From: an uncultured delta proteobacterium
Lineage (GTDB): Bacteria > Desulfobacterota > Desulfobacteria > Desulfobacterales > Desulfosalsimonadaceae
DNA: 64,000 bases
NCBI GenBank assembly: GCA_963826785.1
Contig: CAWGYD010000006.1
Coordinates: 576,001 to 640,000 of the forward strand
Direction: 5' to 3'
In this document: one piece after another, positions 44,242 to 53,968 of the stretch
Numbering within the stretch: the stretch's first letter is position 1
Layout: every line of letters starts with the position of its first letter
Program-made: the position numbers and the translations under genes
Notes under the pieces: model-generated
What the model was told of the DNA's origin: nothing
The model's input: only the letters and a program-made list of their open reading frames with translations
Databases searched by the model: none

Positions 44242-44842
44242 TTTCTTTCTCCGGGTTCGTAAAAATCAAAGGAACAGTCAAAATCGGTTTACCAGTCGCC
44301 GCATCATAGAAAGCCAGATGGTATCTGCCCTGAATAGAGGGTTTCAGAAAACCGGTCTGGCTATCCGAAGCATTTCCATTTATGAACTTCTTCAGGAAGG
44401 GAAAAATTTCAGAAAAACCGCCGGCAAGTTCTGCCGGCCGGGGGATATTTTCGTCAATGGCACTGCTGGAAGCCGGTTTGATCAGCGTCCATAGCGACAG
44501 CCGGTCTCCGGCTCTCAGGTCGTATAAAATATCTTGCCGCAGTTCGGGGGTCCGGCGAAAACCCATATCAATGACGGGCCTGGAAAGATAAATCTCGTAG
44601 TCCAATTGCGGCGACCCCACCAGTGCAACGCGGGCAGCGCCCTGAAAAGACGGGAGCACGGTTACGGTGGTGATCTGCGAATAATGCCCCTTCCCGCCTT
44701 CCATGACGGCCGGGTGACGGACTGCGCCGCCGGTTGCGGAGATGACGCCGATGGCATGGCCGGAGTCTCCCCACCGGTGGACGGCAAGCAGGCCACTGAC
44801 CAGGACCGCCAGTGAAAAATAGACAAGGTTTTTCAGCTTCAT
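44222..44842 (-). CDS. Membrane-anchored/periplasmic hypothetical protein
   Basis: N-terminal hydrophobic segment then HRWGDSGH; coupled between the TonB receptor and the ferredoxin. Confidence 0.72.
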   Translation of the reverse strand: MKLKNLVYFSLAVLVSGLLAVHRWGDSGHAIGVISATGGAVRHPAVMEGGKGHYSQITTVTVLPSFQGAARVALVGSPQLDYEIYLSRPVIDMGFRRTPELRQDILYDLRAGDRLSLWTLIKPASSSAIDENIPRPAELAGGFSEIFPFLKKFINGNASDSQTGFLKPSIQGRYHLAFYDAATGKPILTVPLIFTNPEKENGWHPE

Positions 44843-44853
44843 TTTGCCCCCTT

Positions 44854-47022
44854 TCAGAATCGGTACGTCAACCGGATCATGAAATTTCGCGGGGCCGCGG
44901 GACAGTATCGGACCACGCCGCTGGTGTCCTTTTCCACCTCGACCGCGTAGTGCCGGTCAAAAACGTTTTCCACGATGACGGCCGCCTCATAGGTGTTCTT
45001 TTCATATCCAACCATCGCATGGGTGATGAAATCATAGCCCTTGTATTTTTCTGTATTGGCGTTGTCGATGTAATAGGATCCCCAGGACAGCGTCTGCAGC
45101 CGGACCCGGAAACCGCTGGGATGCCGGTAGGCCGAAAACAGGGAATATTGATGTTCCGGGATAAAGGGGAGCGTATTGCCGCTGCGGTCCACATTGAGGG
45201 TGGCGTTTTCCATCCGCACCGGCTCCGAGAATTCGTCAAATGTGTAATCGGTATAGCTGTAGGTCAGGCCGGTCTGAAGCTCCGGGGTCACAAAAAAAGA
45301 CCCGGACCATTCGAATCCGATCTTGTCGGTTCTGCCGGCATTCACGTAGGCTTTGTAGCCATCCTGCTGAACCACCTGGATGACTTCATGTTCAACCGGC
45401 AGGTAGTAAACCGCCGCATCCATCACCCAGCGCAGGCGATCGGCCTTAAGGCCGAGTTCATAATTTCTGACCGTAACCAGGTCCAGGTCCGGATTTTCCG
45501 TCAACTCCCCTTCCGTCGGGGTTTGAAATCCCTGTGAAAAATTGCCGTAAAAATTGATGACTTCATTGAACTTGAACAGTATCCCCAGGCGGGGGCTGAA
45601 CGAATTGAACGTTTTGTCGATGTCTTCCATGTCAGAGGCCGGGACATATTGCCCCCTGGCCCAGTCATAGGTTTCCGTTCGGCTGCCGGAGATATCAAAG
45701 CAGGTTTCATCAAAGCGGAGTCCCGCATCGATGATCCATCGAGGCGATGGCCGAAATGATTCCTGGGCATAAATGCCGTACAACACAACATTTCGATCCT
45801 GGGTTTCAATTTTTTCCCCTTTTTCATCCGACAAAACTTTTGCAATCCGGTTTCCCGGGCCGGTGATAAAATCCCGGTACTTGAAATAATCGGTATCCTG
45901 GTCGTCCATCCGGGAAGTGACCCCGAACGACAGCGTGCCGTCCATCCCGGATATGCTGTGCACCTGATTGACCTGGATATCCGTTCCCCAGGTAATCGTG
46001 TCGGCTACATTTATCCGTCCGGTGATGGGATGATCATGGGACCAGAAGTTGCCGTACAGCAGGGGCGATATCGTAAATTGACCGATATCTGCTGATAATC
46101 TGGAATTGAAAAAAAAGATTTCCGAATACCGTCCGGAAAACTGCCACGGCCCATCGGTTTGCCTGGCGCGCCCGGTCTTTTTGTATTTATCGAACATCTC
46201 CGGGTCGAGTTTTCCGGGCAGCTGAATGCGCGCATCCGTATAACCGAAAAAATTCTCCCAGCGGGTGCCACTCTCCGACCCCGCCGCTGTCTGCACAGAT
46301 CCCTGGTTGATCTCAAATTTATTCCAGCGCCGCCAGGAGTTGCTGGCCTCTCTTCGGCTGCCGCTCAAGGTATAATAAAGAGACTCCCTGGCGTTATCTG
46401 AATAAGACAAGTGATAATTTCGGGTATCATAATCCCCTGCGCCGATTTCGGCGATTCCCCCTTTCATCTCAAAAGGACTCTTGGGGATGATATTGATCAC
46501 CCCGCCGGCCGCGTTTGCTCCCCATAGTGTTGAATTGGGCCCTTTGACCACTTCCACCTGTTTGATCAATTGCGTATCGATAAAATCAAGCCGGGTGAGA
46601 CTGTCGGGATCCGTAATGGGGACGCCGTCGAAAAGGACCATGATGTCCCGGACGCCGTAATTGGCTTTCAAGCCGGCCCCCCGGATGAGAATGCGCGAAT
46701 CATACCCCTGATTTTCGGATTCGATGAGCACCCCCGGCATGCCGGCAAGGATCTCTTTGATGTTAAACATTTTCGAATCCCGTATTTTATCCTCATCTGC
46801 GACTTCCATACTGGCGGGCACCTCGGATTGAGGCCTTTCCATGCGTGTGGCGGTTACAACGATCGGCGAAAGTTTATACACCATCGATCCGGATTCATCT
46901 TCAGAGGCAAAGACTTCCGGTGATTGGAATATGAAGGGGGTTAAGGTGGCAATGAATACGAAAATCAATATAAGGGGATGAAGTTTAAATATTCGAAACC
47001 AATTGATAACGCCCAAGTTCAA
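44854..47022 (-). CDS. TonB-dependent receptor
   Basis: IVVTATR TonB box/plug start, IRG, VEVVKGPNSTLWG..AAGGVINII, ENVFDRHY, terminal YRF. Confidence 0.93.
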   Translation of the reverse strand: MNLGVINWFRIFKLHPLILIFVFIATLTPFIFQSPEVFASEDESGSMVYKLSPIVVTATRMERPQSEVPASMEVADEDKIRDSKMFNIKEILAGMPGVLIESENQGYDSRILIRGAGLKANYGVRDIMVLFDGVPITDPDSLTRLDFIDTQLIKQVEVVKGPNSTLWGANAAGGVINIIPKSPFEMKGGIAEIGAGDYDTRNYHLSYSDNARESLYYTLSGSRREASNSWRRWNKFEINQGSVQTAAGSESGTRWENFFGYTDARIQLPGKLDPEMFDKYKKTGRARQTDGPWQFSGRYSEIFFFNSRLSADIGQFTISPLLYGNFWSHDHPITGRINVADTITWGTDIQVNQVHSISGMDGTLSFGVTSRMDDQDTDYFKYRDFITGPGNRIAKVLSDEKGEKIETQDRNVVLYGIYAQESFRPSPRWIIDAGLRFDETCFDISGSRTETYDWARGQYVPASDMEDIDKTFNSFSPRLGILFKFNEVINFYGNFSQGFQTPTEGELTENPDLDLVTVRNYELGLKADRLRWVMDAAVYYLPVEHEVIQVVQQDGYKAYVNAGRTDKIGFEWSGSFFVTPELQTGLTYSYTDYTFDEFSEPVRMENATLNVDRSGNTLPFIPEHQYSLFSAYRHPSGFRVRLQTLSWGSYYIDNANTEKYKGYDFITHAMVGYEKNTYEAAVIVENVFDRHYAVEVEKDTSGVVRYCPAAPRNFMIRLTYRF

Positions 47023-47103
47023 TATTTTCCCTCCAGGTCCTGATCCGTTCGCCCGTCCGCATTTGAAGCTTTTTATCTAAAAGCTATTCTAATTCTGAAT
47101 AGT

Positions 47104-47118
47104 GCAAATTGCGAACCA
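47104..47118 (-). promoter_or_regulatory. Sigma54 promoter of the TonB operon
   Basis: Minus strand TGGTTC-GCAAT-TTGC, 110 bp from the palindrome pair. Confidence 0.65.
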
Positions 47119-47227
47119 AACGTCATCCTCAATGATTTGAATTTGCCGGACCTGCGTCTGGGCCATTTTTAATAAAGATTCGCTACAACGTTCGAATGTT
47201 CATCCTCCCATTGGATCTGAAATCGTT

Positions 47228-47273
47228 TGTGTCATGGCACATTTTCCGCTGGCATATTCTGTGCCATGGCACA
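47228..47273. promoter_or_regulatory. Paired enhancer palindromes, copy B
   Basis: TGTGTCATGGCACA (47228-47241) and perfect palindrome TGTGCCATGGCACA (47260-47273), 32 bp apart. Confidence 0.82.
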
Positions 47274-47382
47274 TATGCGCAGTTGGTTGAATCAAATCCC
47301 TTTTCTGCCTGACTTCAAAAAACAAGTTGTATTTGTTCAGGTTCTTTTTGCCGTGAAGTTCTTCAAAACCGCTTTCCGGTAA

Positions 47383-47402
47383 TGGCATGGATCTTGGAAT
47401 AT
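47383..47402 (+). promoter_or_regulatory. Sigma54-like promoter (degenerate -12) of the secreted-protein operon
   Basis: TGGCATGGATCTTGGAATAT, 110 bp downstream of the palindromes. Confidence 0.6.
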
Positions 47403-47478
47403 TTGGATCGGGCAAAACTTGAATTCGTTTGTTTCCGAGCTGTCTTCCTTTTTCCCAAAAAGCTGGAAATTACTTCTG

Positions 47479-47688
47479 ATGATAGAAATTAATTACTGGG
47501 GCGCAAATGGGACGAACCGTCCTGATGAAAAACCATTATGCCCGATCCTGAACAGTCCTGCAGCGGATTGCTACTGCAGCAACATGCGCCAGAATATTCT
47601 GCTTATTCTGCGTTTCTGCGTCAGCAATTTCGGAGACTGCAACATATACAAACGGATTCAGTCAAAGGTGGATAAACCTCATCTGTAA
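47479..47688 (+). CDS. Possible small Cys-rich protein
   Basis: CPIL...DCYC...RFC...DCNIY; start uncertain, no strong RBS. Confidence 0.45.
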   Translation: MIEINYWGANGTNRPDEKPLCPILNSPAADCYCSNMRQNILLILRFCVSNFGDCNIYKRIQSKVDKPHL

Positions 47689-47824
47689 AGGAGGTGGTCA
47701 ATATCCAAAAGATAAAAATTTAGATTAATTGGACGTCTATTTTAGAAAGAGACCCGTCAGATCTGAATATCAAAAAAAGCGGGATCAGGATCGGTCTTCT
47801 ATCCGACCATAAAAAAAGGAGGTA

Positions 47825-50800
47825 ATGATCATGTTTAAACATAAGCGAAAGCTTGGGTGCGTTTTTTTGCTGATGATGCTGTGCCTGGCTGCCGGACCTG
47901 CAGGCGCCGAAGAGGATCTGTTATGGCCGGTCAAGAGCGATCTGGTCTGCAAAAATTGGAGCCTTGATGAGGCTCGGTCATGGGTGAAAGTCGGGGACGT
48001 GAAGATCTGGAATACCGACACAGACTTAAACGTGCAGGTCACAGCGATTGAAAACTTCAAAATTGCGACAATTCAAATCCATGTGGCAATGAACGATACC
48101 GACGAGTTCGTTCCCATTTTAAACAAGAAAAGTAAACCGATCCCTGGAAAATTTATCTATAAAACGGAATACCCGGGATTGACAGATGAACACAGCCTGA
48201 TCCTGCCGATTTCAGATCTCGATGTGTGCTGGGGAATGCCTGAAAAATGCCCCCTCAATCGCTACATTATCATCCACGCCGAGCTGGTGAAGTACGACGA
48301 GACGACCGGGAAATACGAGAATATCGGAGAGGGCGCCTATGGGCTTGGAAACAAAACATTCAGCCGGGTAGTTAAGGGCGATACCAACTTGGAAGGTACG
48401 GATTGGGGGTATTATTACGAGTATCCGCTGGCCAAGGTCGAGCCGGGGCATTTCATCGATGCCAATGTAAACGGTCTGGCATTCCTGACGCCCACCCAAT
48501 CCGGGACGACGGGTGATAATGGGCAATTCCGGTTCATCCCCGGGGAGCGCGTCTATTTTTTTGTGGGCAGTCTGAACCTGGGCGATGCCCTGGCGGACCG
48601 TTCGGTATCGCCGGCCGACCTTTTCGCGGGGGCCGATATGGACGACAACCGGGTCATCAACATGGCCTGGCTGCTGCAAAGTCTGGATGCGGACGGAATG
48701 GCCGGCCAGGGGGCGATTAACATCACCCAGGAGGTGGTCGCCTGTCTGGAGGACGCGCTGGAAGGCCTTCCCCCATTGCCGGATAATCCTGCTGAGTTCT
48801 TTACGGACGAGACCGCAGTCGGCGCCCTGATCCAGGCAACGCAGGCTTCCTGCAGCGCCCTGGTCCCCATTACACGGGAGGAAGCCTGGGAAAATCTCAG
48901 TTCCGGCCAGAAGGCCGCAAATTTGATGAAAAAAAACGTCTCCAAAAACCCCGATATGAAAAGCGACAAGGCCAAGATCGAAATCATGCCGGTCTACGTC
49001 CCCGCCCAGCGTTCGGATAATACCCCCACCACGGTGGTCTACCATGATGCGGACGGCAATGTGATCGAAGAGCGAAACGTCGCCAAGCCGGTCGTGGTCG
49101 CCTATATCGAAGAGGTCGAGGGCACCGGCGCATCGGACGTGTTCGTTGCCGTCTCGCGTGATGACGGTGACACCTGGAAGCGCAGGAATATTTCCAGGAC
49201 TGCGGATAAATCCTCCAAGGCCGGTTGCCCGGGGGACTCCCAGAAACCGATGTTGAACGTCAAAGACAACAAGATTCTCGTGGCGTGGACGGACAAGTTC
49301 TGCAGGGGCGGGCGCCCCCGGTACGCGATTACCGTCTGCCCGGACTTGGATGAGGATGGCTCACCCGATGAGAGCTGCGAGATTTGCCAGCTGACCAGTG
49401 AAGGTGAAATGTGCAGAATCGATTATTCCGACGACGATGCCTTCTACCAGGAAGATCTCTACGGCGCTTCAGGCCCCCAGCGCTCGGTGATTTACGAGGA
49501 ATATCCCGAAAAGGGCGAGGTCGCTTACAGCTGCGTCTGGGCGGCCCGGGGGATTATCGACCCTGATACTGGCGAGATCATGTGGTTCAAACCCGAGCGG
49601 CTCACCTCCGGCCGGCGCGACGCATTTCAGCTCAATTCCGCTGCGGCCGATGATGCCGGCTTCGCGCTGGTCTGGCAGGAGGACCCCAAGGGGCTGGTGC
49701 CGGGGGAAGGCGACGGCCCGGGCGAGGGATGGAGCGGTGCGAATACGCACAGCAAGTCCGATATCTGGTACAGTTTTATCAAATGGGATGATTTCGACCG
49801 GGTCTCGGAAAGCTATGACCCTCTCGACAACAGCGCGAACATCGTGGATCGGGATCCGGATGTCATCGGCAGGCTCAACGCCCTCGTTCCCATGTCGATT
49901 CCGGTAAAAATTACCGACAATGACGTCTGCAGCCTGGAGAACATGGTTCCCGGCGGGGGAAACGGAGAGCATGACTATGATGGGGAAGGCGAAGGCACCC
50001 ACTGCTACTGTGGTGATGTCGAAGCCATCGGCACGGCCGAGTCACCGGGTTCAAATCCGCTGTGCGCATACACCGTTCCTGTCACCAATCCCAAGGGCGA
50101 AGTTCACAACGTCTGTGTGACCACCGACGGCCGTCTGCTGGACGGTGATACCGGCGCATCCCGCCCCAATCTTTTCCTGCAGCCCTACATGAAGCCGGAC
50201 GGCAGCAAGAGTGCCTGGGCCATCCTCGGCTATGAGGAAAGCAAAGGCGTTGGCATACCGCCGGAGGGCGAACACGATGATGACCATGAGACTGCTGATG
50301 GAATCTCCGTTATCGCGCCGGAAGAGGGAGACGATGGCCGGTACAAGCCGGACGTGGGCAAAAACGTCATCTATCACAGCTTCGAATTCTCTCAGCCGGC
50401 CACGGTGGATGGCGGGGGCATCCTCAACCAGCCGGAGACGGACGCGGACGGCAATCCGGTCTACCTGGTGGACGAGTTTGGCCAACTGCTCCTCGACTGG
50501 AAGGGTAATCCGCAGCTGGCCTATGAAAACGCCCGCCGGGTCCGCTTCCTGGTTCAGCCCAAGTCCAAGGCCGGAGCGTCAAAGACCGTTCTGGTGACGC
50601 TCTACCGCCAGGGGGAAGAAGGCAGCGGGAAGCCCGCGGACATCTTTATGCGCCGTTTGAAGGCCCCTTCCAGCGGCAACCCCTATGCTTTTGGAGGCTT
50701 CCTGCCGGGCGCCCAGAACGTCAGCAGCGTGGAGCCTACCGAGTTGTTTCAGGATCCGTTCGACACGGAGGCGCCCGTCAAGATGCTCCGGTGGGCATGG

Positions 50801-51568
50801 TCGCCGGCCAACCTGGCCGATTCCTCCGCCAAAAACCCCTATACCGACGCCCGTGCCCACCGGGGGGCCTTGAATGGGGATGAGCTGATCATCGGCTACA
50901 CGTTGACGCCCAACTGGGGCAGGAAAGCCAATGACAAGTACGATCTTTATGTCCGGCGTTCTTTTAACGGGGGACAATCCTGGACAACTGATCCCGCGGA
51001 TCCAAACCCGATCGAACACAACGTCGTCTTCAGGGTGCCGGTGATCGATGATGTGAACCAGACCGTCACCTGGGACGAGGAGGTCGTCACCACACAATTC
51101 CAGCCGGGTGCATCCGAGCCGCCGCGCAATGTTTCCAACCTGCGCAACAACCGCACCAGCGTGCTGGAGCCGCGGATTGTCAAAACCCCGGGAAGTATTA
51201 CCAAACCGGACGGGACTGCCACCGGTTACCCCGAAGACATCCAGGATACCAGCGTCTACCAGGTGGCATACGGCCTGGAATTCAACCAGAACACCCTTCC
51301 CGAAGACGTCGTATTCCCGCAGCTGCCGCTGGATATTTATTACAGCCGGACAATGGACAAGGGGCAGCGGTATGAAGGCGTGATCATAACCCCCCAGGAC
51401 GGCAGCGGCAAGCCCCAGGAGGGCTGGAATCCTCTTGCCAAGGACAAGCCCGAGCAGGGCGCGGCCCAGGTGAAGCAGACTCCCGACGGTTCACGGATGT
51501 ACGGCATCTGGCTGGAAGAAGGTGAAAGCGGCAGCGATATCATGTTCCGCAGGGTGGATTACCGTTGA
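47825..51568 (+). CDS. Large secreted protein, choice-of-anchor O-like
   Basis: AAGGAGG RBS, signal peptide; SRDDGDTWK and SFNGGQSW Asp-boxes, PERLTSGRRDA, VWQEDPKGL.PGEG.GPGEGWSGA, DIWYSFI, TGASRP; family assignment from recall. Confidence 0.75.
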   Translation: MIMFKHKRKLGCVFLLMMLCLAAGPAGAEEDLLWPVKSDLVCKNWSLDEARSWVKVGDVKIWNTDTDLNVQVTAIENFKIATIQIHVAMNDTDEFVPILNKKSKPIPGKFIYKTEYPGLTDEHSLILPISDLDVCWGMPEKCPLNRYIIIHAELVKYDETTGKYENIGEGAYGLGNKTFSRVVKGDTNLEGTDWGYYYEYPLAKVEPGHFIDANVNGLAFLTPTQSGTTGDNGQFRFIPGERVYFFVGSLNLGDALADRSVSPADLFAGADMDDNRVINMAWLLQSLDADGMAGQGAINITQEVVACLEDALEGLPPLPDNPAEFFTDETAVGALIQATQASCSALVPITREEAWENLSSGQKAANLMKKNVSKNPDMKSDKAKIEIMPVYVPAQRSDNTPTTVVYHDADGNVIEERNVAKPVVVAYIEEVEGTGASDVFVAVSRDDGDTWKRRNISRTADKSSKAGCPGDSQKPMLNVKDNKILVAWTDKFCRGGRPRYAITVCPDLDEDGSPDESCEICQLTSEGEMCRIDYSDDDAFYQEDLYGASGPQRSVIYEEYPEKGEVAYSCVWAARGIIDPDTGEIMWFKPERLTSGRRDAFQLNSAAADDAGFALVWQEDPKGLVPGEGDGPGEGWSGANTHSKSDIWYSFIKWDDFDRVSESYDPLDNSANIVDRDPDVIGRLNALVPMSIPVKITDNDVCSLENMVPGGGNGEHDYDGEGEGTHCYCGDVEAIGTAESPGSNPLCAYTVPVTNPKGEVHNVCVTTDGRLLDGDTGASRPNLFLQPYMKPDGSKSAWAILGYEESKGVGIPPEGEHDDDHETADGISVIAPEEGDDGRYKPDVGKNVIYHSFEFSQPATVDGGGILNQPETDADGNPVYLVDEFGQLLLDWKGNPQLAYENARRVRFLVQPKSKAGASKTVLVTLYRQGEEGSGKPADIFMRRLKAPSSGNPYAFGGFLPGAQNVSSVEPTELFQDPFDTEAPVKMLRWAWSPANLADSSAKNPYTDARAHRGALNGDELIIGYTLTPNWGRKANDKYDLYVRRSFNGGQSWTTDPADPNPIEHNVVFRVPVIDDVNQTVTWDEEVVTTQFQPGASEPPRNVSNLRNNRTSVLEPRIVKTPGSITKPDGTATGYPEDIQDTSVYQVAYGLEFNQNTLPEDVVFPQLPLDIYYSRTMDKGQRYEGVIITPQDGSGKPQEGWNPLAKDKPEQGAAQVKQTPDGSRMYGIWLEEGESGSDIMFRRVDYR

Positions 51569-51722
51569 TTGCCGGTGCCGCAATACTGTTGTGCCGGCGT
51601 TTAAAAAGGGGCGGCCCTGCAGTGAGGCCGCTCCCATCCCCTTATCCAGATGGAGTCGATTCAAATAAGCGAGCAGAAAAGAATCTTCAAAAACACTATC
51701 ACTTGGAAAGGAGCGTGCCAAA

Positions 51723-53291
51723 ATGAAGAAAAAGACCATTTTCAAAATGATCGCCGTTATTTTCTTGATAACCGCATGTCTTGCAACCGGCACCCTTGTA
51801 TGGGGAGCCAAAGGGAACCAGGGGGGTAAACCGCCGGAAGACCCGGCGCCTGTGCCAGCCACGCCAATTGATGGGTACTACTTCTGGCGTCTCGGGCACC
51901 TGGACGGGCCCCATGATTCGTCCAAAACCCTGGGCATCTCCCGGGACGGCAAGGTGGCCGTGGGCGCCACCCAGGTGGTGGATTTCATGAAGGCTTGGCG
52001 GCTGGACATCGACTGGGCCATTTCCACCGGCGACGGGGTGGCACCGCTCTACAACGAGCTGCAGGTTCAGGAGAAAATAGGGAACGGGGAGGCTTATGCG
52101 TCCTCGAACATGACTGTCGATTCCTGTTCTTATAGCAAAGTGGACCCTGAGGATGCCAGTTCGGCCGACAACCTCGACTGGTGCGGATCACTGCCGGTCG
52201 GGACCCTCATGACGGGAACCGTCTCCTATGCAGCGGAATGGTTGTGGGCATTAGATCCTGAAGTTGATCCTTCTTTAGCTGAACCCAACTATCTGGGCAT
52301 CCCGGACTTCGGCGGCGGCCTCTCCGACATGAAGGCCAATGACGTTTCGGCCGACGGGACCATCATCGTGGGCACCGGAAACACCAAGACCGGCCAGCAG
52401 GCATTTCGCGCCGATACAACGACAGCCACGGTGGATGCAGAAACCGGCGAGACGGTTCTGGAACCGGTTCAGCTCACCATCCAGGAAGTAATCGATGGGG
52501 TGGTGGGGCAGACGCTGCAGACCAGCTCGGCCCAGGCCGTGTCCGCCGACGGGACCATCATCGCCGGCTACGGCGGGACCAAGACCGGCAACAAGGCCTT
52601 CGTCACGACCTTCCTGGGCACTGATGTGGATGCGGAGGGTAATGTCACCGCGATTTTGACGAGTACGATCCTGCCCGCCATGGCCGGCGGCAAATACGCC
52701 GAGGCCTACGCCCTGACCGTGACCGACGATGGCGTCATCTACATCGCCGGCCGCAGCGACAGCCCCAAGGGCCCCCAGGCCTGCATCTGGTTTGAAGGGG
52801 ATGATCCCACCACCACGGATATCGTCGAAACCTGGTCGGTCAAGGGAATCGGCGGGCTTTCCAAGAAGACGCTCGACAGCGTGGCCACCGGCATCGTCTG
52901 CCGCCCCGGATCGACGGCCGGCGACCTCATGGTCGTGGGACAAAGCCGGAGCATTCTCTACCCTTCGGAAGCCTTTGTCTGGACCGGCAACCCGGTGTTC
53001 GAGCCCGATGGCCCCTACACCTGGCCCGACGGCACGGAGCACGAATACATCGGCTACATGTACGACCTGGAAAAGATCCTGACCAAGACCGGAGCGGCCG
53101 AATCCTCCGGCATGGGATCGTCCTGGATCCTCAACCAGGGCACGGGCGTCGCTCTCAGTGATGTGGTCAATGCCGGGGACAATGGTCCTTCCGCCAGGAT
53201 CGTCGGTTGGGGCACCAACCCGGAAGGCGGAATCGAAGCCTGGCTCGTCACCAACTTCCCGTATGACGACCTGGCGTTTATCAAAGAATGA
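51723..53291 (+). CDS. Secreted HAF-type extracellular-repeat (beta-propeller) protein
   Basis: Signal peptide; repeats GISRDGKVAVG, DVSADGTIIVGTG, AVSADGTIIAGYG, MVVGQS, IVGWG. Confidence 0.8.
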   Translation: MKKKTIFKMIAVIFLITACLATGTLVWGAKGNQGGKPPEDPAPVPATPIDGYYFWRLGHLDGPHDSSKTLGISRDGKVAVGATQVVDFMKAWRLDIDWAISTGDGVAPLYNELQVQEKIGNGEAYASSNMTVDSCSYSKVDPEDASSADNLDWCGSLPVGTLMTGTVSYAAEWLWALDPEVDPSLAEPNYLGIPDFGGGLSDMKANDVSADGTIIVGTGNTKTGQQAFRADTTTATVDAETGETVLEPVQLTIQEVIDGVVGQTLQTSSAQAVSADGTIIAGYGGTKTGNKAFVTTFLGTDVDAEGNVTAILTSTILPAMAGGKYAEAYALTVTDDGVIYIAGRSDSPKGPQACIWFEGDDPTTTDIVETWSVKGIGGLSKKTLDSVATGIVCRPGSTAGDLMVVGQSRSILYPSEAFVWTGNPVFEPDGPYTWPDGTEHEYIGYMYDLEKILTKTGAAESSGMGSSWILNQGTGVALSDVVNAGDNGPSARIVGWGTNPEGGIEAWLVTNFPYDDLAFIKE

Positions 53292-53292
53292 T

Positions 53293-53419
53293 TGTTTGGC
53301 AGGGTCTTTGCCGCCGCTGAGAACTTCTCCTGTGAAAAGCTTTCCCAACGGCGGAAGACCCGCCTCCTGCCCTTGCACGCCGCAAACCCCCGACGTGCAA
53401 GGGCAGGTACCTCCAAACA
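53293..53419 (+). other. Intergenic multi-stem structure
   Basis: 14-bp perfect stem CCTGCCCTTGCACG/CGTGCAAGGGCAGG, a second GGGTCTT/AAGACCC stem, and closing TGTTTGG/CCAAACA. Confidence 0.5.
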
Positions 53420-53470
53420 CATACGCCTGGGTACCCAACGAAATTACATTCTAAAAAAAGGGAGATTGTT

Positions 53471-53968
53471 ATGAAAAGCGCATTTTGGAAACTGATTGTT
53501 GTCGCGGCTGTGGCCATAAGTCTGGGAATTGCACCGGCCGTGAATGCGGATGACGAATTGCCGGTGGTATCGGGCACTGTTGAAGCGGTTTACCGGGATA
53601 TCAGTACAATTGTCATATCTTCGGAGAGTGATGGCTATGTGACCATCGTGGGATTTCCATTCAATAATCTTGAGGCGCAACTGGAGAATGAATTCGACCC
53701 GGAGGGCCTTGATGCGGATGACATCACCATTGCGGTGGGGGATTGCGTGACCATCGAATACAGCGAAAAAATTCTCCCCTCGACCGGTGATGTTGTTAAC
53801 AAATGGGAGTCTTTGACCGCATATTGCGAAAATTGCACCGATTGCTATGAAGGCGAACTGACGCGCAAACCCATCAAACAAAAAGATCGCCCGAAACCGG
53901 ACAAACCAAAACCGGAGGGACCCAAAGCAGGGCCATGGGATGGAAATCCTCCCGGCCATTGCCGCTGA
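53471..53968 (+). CDS. Secreted hypothetical protein (possible OB-fold) with CENCTDC and Pro/Lys tail
   Basis: GGGAG RBS, signal peptide, VSGTVEAV, IAVGDCVTIEY. Confidence 0.75.
   Translation: MKSAFWKLIVVAAVAISLGIAPAVNADDELPVVSGTVEAVYRDISTIVISSESDGYVTIVGFPFNNLEAQLENEFDPEGLDADDITIAVGDCVTIEYSEKILPSTGDVVNKWESLTAYCENCTDCYEGELTRKPIKQKDRPKPDKPKPEGPKAGPWDGNPPGHCR

Noticed and set aside
47405..47540. c-di-GMP (GEMM) riboswitch suggested by GGGCAAA/GCGCAAA words
   Set aside because: The expected P1/P2 stems and tetraloop-receptor arrangement could not be built
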